Below are positions 41,735 to 48,221 of a stretch of DNA of 48,221 nt, piece by piece. How positions within the stretch are numbered: position 1 is the first letter of the stretch; the number at the start of each line of letters is the position of its first letter. The notes below the pieces were generated by a model. That model made no database searches, was not told the DNA's origin, and was given only the letters and a program-made list of their open reading frames with translations. Source of the stretch: Candidatus Woesebacteria bacterium (GTDB lineage Bacteria > Patescibacteriota > Microgenomatia > UBA1400 > UBA1396); the NCBI GenBank assembly GCA_021208605.1, contig JAJOJK010000007.1:1-48221 (forward strand), given 5' to 3'. Position numbers and translations under genes: made by a program.

Positions 41735-43807
41735 CTACGAATTGTTTTTTTGCTCTTGCCACTGACGATATTTATCGCCGAACCAATTCTGGAAGTACCA
41801 CTTCCAGTAGCGCGGGTGCTGCAGACACAGGCGAATTTCGCGACGACAGTTCGGCGCAAACGTGATGGTGTGGGTGCTGCTGTAGTTTTCGTAGGTTACG
41901 GTGACGGTAGTGCGTTGCACTTCTCCACTGGTGAGGTCGATAAAGACCAGTCCATTTTGATTACTTGGTTTGGTTTGTTCGATATGCACGGAGTCCGAGT
42001 CAACCGAGATGTCTGGGAAATCCTCAATGAGGGTGGGATAGTCGTACCAGTCGCGCGGGAAAAAGGCCAAGCGAATCGGGTTGCGGCCGGCTTGGGCAAA
42101 GGCATTGGTAACGACAGTATGTGTTTTGGCAGTGTCGAGTTCACGCTCCGCTAGTTCCGGGAAAATATAGGGATAGCGCATTTCTCGTTCTTGTTCCAGG
42201 CCAGCAGCATGAATGAACGGATACCAGTTAGTATGACCATTTTCTTGACTTGGAGTGAAGCCCCAGACAAAATTGCCGTTAGAATCAGTCCACTGCCACT
42301 CAGTGAGAAGGTCAGCTAATGGGCCGAGTTTCGACTGCGGATCACGGTGAGTCTGCCAGTGATCTGGGGCAAATTGCAAGAGAGGTTCACCGTGTAATGC
42401 GAAGGTTATCTGATTGTTTTCTTGGCGTCTGACGGTGAGTTCGTCAGCAGATATGTTTTCAGCGAGCACTATACGCGTGGGCTGGCCATATTTGGCTTCG
42501 CGGGGCGAAAGTTGGTCGGTGTGCGGCGGATGAAATTGGTTTTGAGTGTCTTTTTGCCAGAAGCGCGCGCCATCCAGTGTGAAGGGAACTACCCAGTAGG
42601 CTAACGATTTGGCTGTGCGCGTGGTGTAGGGGTCGAACATGTGTTCGCCATACACACGGAGGTCAGAAATATACAAGGTTTGATCACTGAGTCGAACGCG
42701 GGCCCGATACGTTGGCGTGGTGACCCACCAGGCTTGGTTATCGCTGCCGGTGAGTTTGTCAGCGCCGTGATGGATGGTGACAGAGGGCAGATCTGTACTC
42801 GACATGACCTGAGAGAATTCGGTAGCGGTTACAACCGCATGTTCATTGTGCTTTTTCCATTCCCCAACAAAATTTAACTGACGAGCAAATTCTTGTTGAT
42901 CAATTTCTGGCATGGAGTTTTCGAGTCCGAGTAATGCAAAAGTGAGGGGTTGTTCAGATTGGGTATGCGCTTGGGTAAAGACGTGACGGAAGTAGTCAAA
43001 GCCGCGCTCTTTTATGCGGTAGTCGTTTGGTTGGGATGTGTAGGAGTTGGTGGTATCGCCATAATTCCAGACGGGATCGCTGATGGTTTGGCGCATGATC
43101 AGTGGCATTTTTGCAGAAGGACTACTAGCGGGAACAAAAGCCCATTTTTCGCTCGGGGAGTACGGAAAGTGCGGTGGGCCGCCCCACATGGTGTAGGAGT
43201 CAGTGCCCCATTGCTCGCGGGTAATTTCATGTGCCTGGACTCCATACTCTTCGGTGAGGTATTGGAGAGAAGGTGTATCGATAATCCAGGCGTTCGTAAG
43301 CGTTGGTGTTTCTCCAAAAGTGCGTTCAAAAACAGACATGTATTGGTCAATAATCTTGATGCGGTCCTCTGGCGCATATCCGACCAAGTAGACATGCTGC
43401 GCTTCATACCAATTCTCGGGGGTACCCGTGTAGGTTACGCCGCTCTCTGACGCGAGCTGTGGAGTAATTTCCAGAAAGGCGCCAATTTCCATGCCAGCAG
43501 AACGAGCAGAGCGTAAGACTGCGACATACTCCGGATCTTGTAAAGCGTCATAGCGTACCGCTAAGGTCAGGGGAAGATCATTGGATTCGGCAGTAGCAAT
43601 TTGGTTCTCTAAGGCAGTGAGGCTTCCGGGACTACAACACTCGGTGCCGCGGACTTGGCTAATGACAACAGTGTAATGCTCAGGAACTGTTTCATCACCG
43701 TTGACAGTTTGGGCGGAAATAGAAAAAGTATGAAAAAAGAAAACAAAACCTACACTGAAAACAGTGAGCAGGTGTAACAGGCGGTAAGGAATGGAAAAAC
43801 CAGCCAT
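41735..43807 (-). CDS. Large secreted protein, unknown function
   Basis: The ATG at 43807 gives the signal-like N-terminus MAGFSIPYRLLHLLTVFSVGFVFFFHTFSISAQ. The longer track ORF would overlap the tRNA. I see no recognisable catalytic motif. Confidence 0.55.
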   Translation of the reverse strand: MAGFSIPYRLLHLLTVFSVGFVFFFHTFSISAQTVNGDETVPEHYTVVISQVRGTECCSPGSLTALENQIATAESNDLPLTLAVRYDALQDPEYVAVLRSARSAGMEIGAFLEITPQLASESGVTYTGTPENWYEAQHVYLVGYAPEDRIKIIDQYMSVFERTFGETPTLTNAWIIDTPSLQYLTEEYGVQAHEITREQWGTDSYTMWGGPPHFPYSPSEKWAFVPASSPSAKMPLIMRQTISDPVWNYGDTTNSYTSQPNDYRIKERGFDYFRHVFTQAHTQSEQPLTFALLGLENSMPEIDQQEFARQLNFVGEWKKHNEHAVVTATEFSQVMSSTDLPSVTIHHGADKLTGSDNQAWWVTTPTYRARVRLSDQTLYISDLRVYGEHMFDPYTTRTAKSLAYWVVPFTLDGARFWQKDTQNQFHPPHTDQLSPREAKYGQPTRIVLAENISADELTVRRQENNQITFALHGEPLLQFAPDHWQTHRDPQSKLGPLADLLTEWQWTDSNGNFVWGFTPSQENGHTNWYPFIHAAGLEQEREMRYPYIFPELAERELDTAKTHTVVTNAFAQAGRNPIRLAFFPRDWYDYPTLIEDFPDISVDSDSVHIEQTKPSNQNGLVFIDLTSGEVQRTTVTVTYENYSSTHTITFAPNCRREIRLCLQHPRYWKWYFQNWFGDKYRQWQEQKNNS

Positions 43808-43813
43808 GAAGGG

Positions 43814-43885
43814 TGAGTCTGACAGGGTTCGAACCTGTGGCCTCTTCGATGTCAACGAAGCGCTCTACCACTGAGCTACAGACTC
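43814..43885 (-). tRNA. tRNA-Val (anticodon GAC)
   Basis: The 72-nt cloverleaf folded by hand is GAGTCTG-TA-GCTC-AGTGGTA-GAGC-G-CTTCG-TTGACAT-CGAAG-AGGCC-ACAGG-TTCGAAC-CCTGT-CAGACTC-A. CCA is not encoded. Confidence 0.9.
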
Positions 43886-43904
43886 AACTTTCGGGTAGGC
43901 AGAT

Positions 43905-43913
43905 ATTGTAACA
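43905..43913 (-). promoter_or_regulatory. Extended -10 (TGtTACAAT) upstream of tRNA-Val
   Basis: The minus strand reads acgTGtTACAAT, followed by 19 nt (43886-43904) to the tRNA 5' end at 43885. Confidence 0.4.
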
Positions 43914-43929
43914 CGTTTTTGGAGGGATG

Positions 43930-44802
43930 TTACTCGCCCATTGTGTTGCCGCTGCCTTCGAGTTGTTTCCCTTCGTCGAAGCGCGCAGCACTCTCTTGCA
44001 TAGTTGCACCAGTATCAAGCCCGCCAGCGCCAGCGCTCATTCGGGCTTTCTTACGAGCAGCACGTTCTTGTTGCAGGACATATGCCTTCATTGATTGTGC
44101 CCGCTTTACTCGGAGACCGAGACTCTGCAGGTAGTCTTGCAGCTGGGTTGTAAGGCTAAAGTTATGTGTTCTTGTTCGTTGTTGGGTATGCGCGTCGATT
44201 GCCTGTTGACCGCCACTCGTTGTGGTGGCAGCTTTGTTTTTGACTGTTATTTTTCTGATCTGTTTGCGAAGTTCCGCCATTTGGGCGATGCTGTGTTGCT
44301 CGTATTGTTCACTAGACTGTTTTGCACCTGATTTTTTACCGGCTGCCTGTTGTAATTTTTCTACATTAAGGTCATTGGCTTCTTGCTGCAAAGCTTGATG
44401 CATAGCTTGGCTGGTTTCAGCGGCAGTATGATTCTGCATGGATCGTAAAGAGTCTTGTGCATGATTAAGTCGAGATTGGTGCTCGTGGTCAGCACTGCTA
44501 AAAAGCGTGCCAGATTTGCTGCTGATATCAATACCATGAAGGCCCAATACTTGTGCGTCCTGCTTGGGAGCTCCAAAAAGGAGTTCAGACTGGCCTTTGA
44601 AGCCGAGTGTTTTTTGCGGCGATTGAGTTGGTTTGCCACCTTCTTGATTGCCACTGAGTTGTGACATCATTTGTGCTAAGGCACCTTCATCGTTAGTGGG
44701 GAAAGAGGCATGAGAACCGTGCTCAACTTCAGGTTGAGTGTGTGGTTGCATCCCAGTAGTTGCTGGTTGTTGTCTCATATCTGTTGCGGCCTGCCCTGCC
44801 AT
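43930..44802 (-). CDS. Gln-rich low-complexity protein, possible paralog of 14179..14874
   Basis: 290 aa. TATAAT lies 9 nt upstream of the ATG. The segment MMSQLSGNQEGGKPTQSPQKTLGF resembles LMRNLLGQQGGGSKPTSTGQNF in the other ORF. Confidence 0.5.
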   Translation of the reverse strand: MAGQAATDMRQQPATTGMQPHTQPEVEHGSHASFPTNDEGALAQMMSQLSGNQEGGKPTQSPQKTLGFKGQSELLFGAPKQDAQVLGLHGIDISSKSGTLFSSADHEHQSRLNHAQDSLRSMQNHTAAETSQAMHQALQQEANDLNVEKLQQAAGKKSGAKQSSEQYEQHSIAQMAELRKQIRKITVKNKAATTTSGGQQAIDAHTQQRTRTHNFSLTTQLQDYLQSLGLRVKRAQSMKAYVLQQERAARKKARMSAGAGGLDTGATMQESAARFDEGKQLEGSGNTMGE

Positions 44803-44890
44803 AGATTGGTTATTATACCCGAAAGAAACGCAAATTTCAACCGAGCTCCAGGCGGAGAGGTGCCTTAAACGCCATTATAGGGCGAAAGTC

Positions 44891-45808
44891 TTAAACTGTT
44901 AAGAGGTGATCGACGGCTTTTTGTTTCAGCAAAGAAGCGATGACGTACTGGCGTTGGTCCTCAGAAGGGTTTTCCACCTGGGACAAGATCTCAGTAACTT
45001 CTTTCTCTGGCAATTCGATCTTTTCAGCTCGCACAATCGCGCCGAGTAAGAACTCAACTTGTAAGTTCATCAGTGCGCGGGCGGCGTACTCTTGGTGAAT
45101 ATCTTGAATTGATTTTCCGACCTTTTCCAGATAGTCATCCAGAGAAACATTCATGTGTTCCAGTTGGTGACCAAACTCATGGAGCGCGCGTTCTGTTTCT
45201 TTGCGTACTAAGAGCTCAGGGATCTTGATGGTTACTTTTTCCAGAATTCCCTCGAGTAAGGCGCTGATTTGCTGTTGGCGCTTCATTTCTTCAGGAGTTT
45301 CTTCTTTTTTGTCGTCTTTCTTTTTGGAGTCTTTCCAGAGTTCGTGAGATTTTTTGGTCTCTTGCACTATTTTCTGGTAATCACCGAGTTCAACTTCTGG
45401 AGTTTCGGCGATTTCTACTTTGAAAGTCCAGTCTTTACCCTCTTCCACTGACTCAGCAGAAACGGCTGGATCGGTTAGCGGCATAAGTTTGTGTTCGCGG
45501 ATATAGGTTACGTAGGCGTCAGACAAGAGTTCCTCGAGCACCATGTCGCGGACACGGTTGGCGCCCAAGCGTTCTTCTACCATGGCCAATGGAGCTTTTC
45601 CTTGACGGAAGCCTTCAAACTTGGCTTGTTTTTGGGCTTTTTGGAGCACTTGTTGCTTGGTTTTGGCAATTTCTTCAGCGGAAAGCGTGAGGGTAAATGT
45701 GGTGTTTTCCGCAATCAGGGTTGGCTGATCTTTTGAGCGGATTTTTGCTGGTTTGTGAAGTGTCTTTTTGAGTTGACTTTTTCGCTGCTTTAGAAGTTGT
45801 ATCAGCAT
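44891..45808 (-). CDS. tig: Trigger factor lacking the FKBP/PPIase domain; 5' end uncertain
   Basis: Ribosome-binding signature EGFRQGKAP in the N-domain, followed directly by C-domain-like helices. An alternative start at 45857 lies in another frame (see findings). Confidence 0.78.
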   Translation of the reverse strand: MLIQLLKQRKSQLKKTLHKPAKIRSKDQPTLIAENTTFTLTLSAEEIAKTKQQVLQKAQKQAKFEGFRQGKAPLAMVEERLGANRVRDMVLEELLSDAYVTYIREHKLMPLTDPAVSAESVEEGKDWTFKVEIAETPEVELGDYQKIVQETKKSHELWKDSKKKDDKKEETPEEMKRQQQISALLEGILEKVTIKIPELLVRKETERALHEFGHQLEHMNVSLDDYLEKVGKSIQDIHQEYAARALMNLQVEFLLGAIVRAEKIELPEKEVTEILSQVENPSEDQRQYVIASLLKQKAVDHLLTV

Positions 45809-45865
45809 TTTTTTCGGTAGTCTTCTCTGGTTTGGTGGTCTTTTTTGTCTGTGCCATAGGTGGTG

Positions 45866-45874
45866 ATTGTATCA
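45866..45874 (-). promoter_or_regulatory. Extended -10 (TGaTACAAT) 8 nt upstream of the ATG at 45857
   Basis: The minus strand reads ctaTGaTACAATcaccacctATG. Confidence 0.4.
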
Positions 45875-45892
45875 TAGATTGTGTTTTGCCGT

Positions 45893-45976
45893 AGGGTTAC
45901 CTTTACTATTGAAATACTCAAGAAGGGTAACCGTAAGGTTACCCTTCTTGAGGTAGTTGTAGAGGAAGGTAACCCT
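45893..45976. repeat. Nested inverted repeats built on an AGGGT(T/A)ACC motif
   Basis: The inner hairpin (45917-45952) has a 16-bp perfect stem and a GTAA loop. The outer arms AGGGTTACC (45893-45901) and GGTAACCCT (45968-45976) are complementary. Confidence 0.75.
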
Positions 45977-45987
45977 CCTAAAACTTT

Positions 45988-46467
45988 TTAAGCAATTTCC
46001 TTAATTGAGTACACCACTTTTCCAGCGGGCACTTCTACTTCCACAGACTCGCCGGCTTTTTTGCCGAGTAAGGCAACGCCAAGTGGCGATTTGGAAGAAA
46101 TTTTCTTTTGGCTGGGATCAGCTTCCCACTCGCCAACGATATGGAAAGTGTGGTGATTGCCTTTGCCGCCAATTTCTACGATCACTTGCGAACCAATACC
46201 CACTTGTCCGGCGATTTTGTCATTTTCTGAGATGACTTCTGCGCGTTGAATGAGGATTTCGAGTTCGTCTTTACGGCCTTCCAAGAACGCTAGGTCTTCC
46301 TTGGCAGCGTGGTATTCGGAGTTTTCAGAAAGGTCTCCGTGGGAACGGGCAAGGGCTAAACGCTTAATTGCCGCGGGGATCTTGTCATCCGTGAGTTCTT
46401 GCAGTTCTGCAACCAGGGAGTCGTACCCGGTTTGTGTCATGGCGAGTGTCTGTGAATCATCAGACAT
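45988..46467 (-). CDS. greA: Transcription elongation factor GreA
   Basis: The coiled-coil N-domain carries the acidic tip (ARSHGDLSENSEYHAAKE), with an FKBP-like C-domain. Confidence 0.92.
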   Translation of the reverse strand: MSDDSQTLAMTQTGYDSLVAELQELTDDKIPAAIKRLALARSHGDLSENSEYHAAKEDLAFLEGRKDELEILIQRAEVISENDKIAGQVGIGSQVIVEIGGKGNHHTFHIVGEWEADPSQKKISSKSPLGVALLGKKAGESVEVEVPAGKVVYSIKEIA

Positions 46468-46487
46468 AGTGCCCTTTCTTGTGGTAT

Positions 46488-47549
46488 TTAAACCGTCTGC
46501 GTATTGTACTGAGCGCTGAGTTTTTTGTCCATGTCATCAGTACTGTTGTTATAAGACGCGGTGTTTTCTTCTTGTGAGTCAATATATTCTTGATACTCTG
46601 CTTCTGGAACTGCAATAATGAGGAGGCGCTTCCAAGTGGTTCCCGGTGGGTAGCACGTTTGCAGGATGAGTTGTTCTCGCTCAGTTTGCGGAGCCATGTA
46701 GCTGAGATCGTCAGCGGCGACGACTTTTTTCTCGACGATTCGATAGGTATAGTCCTCGTTCCAGAACCGCATCGTGACGTTTTGGCCGATTTCAGCGTCT
46801 TTGAGGGCATAAAATTGGGCGTTGTAGAACGCTACGTTCCAGGCTGAATCAGTGGAGTGGGCAAACAGATACACTGTTTTATTATCTTCGAGTTGATCTG
46901 GGAGCGCCGAACCAGCTGCGTGGGCAATTCCCTCCTTGAGTGCACTGGTGTAGCTCTCCTTATCTGAGCTATCTACGTTGGGTACCACGACACTTTCGAT
47001 GCCGAGATCAGGCACGCGCAAGGAAAACACATCCTCAGGAGCTGAAGCATATGGCTCAGGCGTAGGAGTTGGCGTATTTGGAATTGGAGTGGTAGGAGCA
47101 ACTTGGGCTTCCATAGCTGAGTAGATGCGACTATCTCCCAGGTGCGCTTGAATGTTTTTCCAGGCTTGCTGGCTTTCCAAAATGATGATCGGTCCTAAAA
47201 AGAAGAGGAAAGAAGCTAGAGACACCCCATAGGCTAAGCGCGTGCTGGTTTGCAGAATTCGATCAGCTAAGTCATGCGGAATCTCGAAGGAGATATCAAG
47301 ACTTGGCCACTGAATTGCAGGAATGCGTGGTAGCGGGATTTCCCAGGTTTGGAGCCACGGCTCGCTCATCAAGAGATGATAGCTTTGTGCCAAGTACCAG
47401 GAGTCAGCCAGGGCTCGGGTTTGAGTGCGGTATGCACCCAGATCAAGCCAGACTTGCGGTTCGGAGTATCCCTGTGCGATCCACTCGGAAACCAAACTCT
47501 GGATGGAGAATGACCCGTGCAGTGTGTGATTCGGCATACGCCTCCTCAT
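46488..47549 (-). CDS. Sortase-family transpeptidase with N-terminal extension
   Basis: His box VYLFAHS, catalytic LILQTCYPPG (TLxTC-like) and a downstream Arg (WKRLL). A TM segment lies in the N-terminal half. Confidence 0.8.
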   Translation of the reverse strand: MRRRMPNHTLHGSFSIQSLVSEWIAQGYSEPQVWLDLGAYRTQTRALADSWYLAQSYHLLMSEPWLQTWEIPLPRIPAIQWPSLDISFEIPHDLADRILQTSTRLAYGVSLASFLFFLGPIIILESQQAWKNIQAHLGDSRIYSAMEAQVAPTTPIPNTPTPTPEPYASAPEDVFSLRVPDLGIESVVVPNVDSSDKESYTSALKEGIAHAAGSALPDQLEDNKTVYLFAHSTDSAWNVAFYNAQFYALKDAEIGQNVTMRFWNEDYTYRIVEKKVVAADDLSYMAPQTEREQLILQTCYPPGTTWKRLLIIAVPEAEYQEYIDSQEENTASYNNSTDDMDKKLSAQYNTQTV

Positions 47550-47550
47550 T

Positions 47551-48221
47551 TTATTGGGTTAAGCGAGAGCGCAACCAGGTGAGTCCGAGACCGATCAAGG
47601 CGAAGGACAAGGAAGCGGTCACCGCTTGCTCACCCGCACTCCCTGTTTCCGGTAAGGTGGTTGGCGTTGGAGCCACGGTTACTTCTGGCTTGGTTCGTTT
47701 GTTACCGAAGCGCACGGTGGTGGTACTTCTGTCCTCTAAAGTGATGGTCACCTCCTGAGGTGTGGTAGCGTGCCAACCGTCTTCCATGATTTCACGGATA
47801 ACGATTTGTTCGCCACCTTGCAGGTTGCCAACGCGTCCACCGCGACCGTTATTGTGGTCGTAGGTTTCGTAGGCGTACCACTGGTTGTCTTCATCGCGGC
47901 GCCATTCGAATTTCCAGCTCAAGCCAGGCTCGTTGCTGTCGCGGTTGGCGTCACCGTCGATGTCTTCGTACTTCTCGATAATGAAGCCGGAGTCTTTCTT
48001 TTCTTCACAGCTACAGTCCGATTCCTCGACACACTGTGGGTTACGACACTGGCCGTTCCAGCAGATCATGCCGTTGCCACATTGGTTGTCGGAGTCACAG
48101 CTGTCGTTACACTGCAACGCTGGCGTTGGTGTTGGCGTAGGCGTGGCCGTCGGAGTTGGTGACGGAGTCGGAGTTGGTGACGGAGTCGGGGTTGGCGACG
48201 GAGTCGGAGTTGGCGACGGAG
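47551..48221 (-). CDS. LPXTG-anchored surface protein, 5'-partial (frame open to window edge)
   Basis: The C-terminal sorting signal is LPETG, then a hydrophobic stretch, then RSRLTQ*. An SdrD-B/Cna-B-like module (DIDGDANRDSNEPGL...) and a Cys-rich module (CNDSCDSDNQCGNGMICWNGQCRNPQC) precede it. The (S/T)P repeat upstream has no stop through nt 48221. Confidence 0.8.
   Translation of the reverse strand, partial: PSPTPTPSPTPTPSPTPTPSPTPTATPTPTPTPALQCNDSCDSDNQCGNGMICWNGQCRNPQCVEESDCSCEEKKDSGFIIEKYEDIDGDANRDSNEPGLSWKFEWRRDEDNQWYAYETYDHNNGRGGRVGNLQGGEQIVIREIMEDGWHATTPQEVTITLEDRSTTTVRFGNKRTKPEVTVAPTPTTLPETGSAGEQAVTASLSFALIGLGLTWLRSRLTQ
48151..48221. repeat. 18-bp tandem repeat (at least 3.9 copies) encoding a (T/S)P linker, running off the window
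   Basis: The unit cggagttggtgacggagt repeats at 48151, 48169, 48187 (2 mismatches) and 48205 (partial). Confidence 0.8.

Noticed and set aside
43808-43855. Upstream extension of the 706-aa ORF
   Set aside because: It would overlap tRNA-Val (43814-43885). The internal ATG at 43807 yields a proper signal-peptide-like N-terminus.

Overview
This 48.2-kb window is mostly core housekeeping DNA from what looks like a small-genome, single-membrane bacterium. Placing it in Patescibacteria/CPR is my inference, based on a secretin-less type IV pilus locus, a sortase/LPXTG pair, and ThrS, PheT and trigger factor that each lack a domain. All family calls rest on motifs read by eye; no BLAST, HMM or folding was run.

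Gene content, left to right:
- a 5'-partial SH3b protein
- an AT-rich accessory block (about 1340-6420) with small membrane proteins, a catalytically degenerate signal-peptidase homologue and a GNAT / AstE-like / YerC (TrpR-like) operon
- serS-prs
- a suf operon (sufC, an intein-containing sufB, a helical ORF, a short sufD, an unknown ORF)
- a 13-kb type IV pilus locus (pilB-pilT-pilC-pilin-pilD-PKD protein-six pilin-like genes-pilX-like-pilM-pilN-pilO)
- KH protein/rpsP/rnc/ACP-like/nusB/rpmF
- recG and a class A PBP
- the classic thrS-infC-rpmI-rplT-pheS-pheT block
- a 690-aa secreted unknown next to tRNA-Val(GAC)
- tig, greA, and a sortase with its LPXTG substrate

Main hunt results:
1. A 16-codon leader ORF with tandem Trp codons, followed by a terminator, sits just upstream of the GNAT/AstE-like/TrpR-like operon. 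This is a candidate trp-type attenuator.
2. sufB carries a 379-aa LAGLIDADG intein.
3. At least four genes (sufB, pilM, a minor pilin, a membrane protein), and possibly tig and sufD, are broken by 1-nt shifts at short homopolymers. That pattern points to systematic assembly error or real decay.
4. A -10-like hexamer lies 6-9 nt upstream of about 12 start codons, suggesting widespread leaderless mRNAs.
5. A nested perfect palindrome lies between greA and tig.
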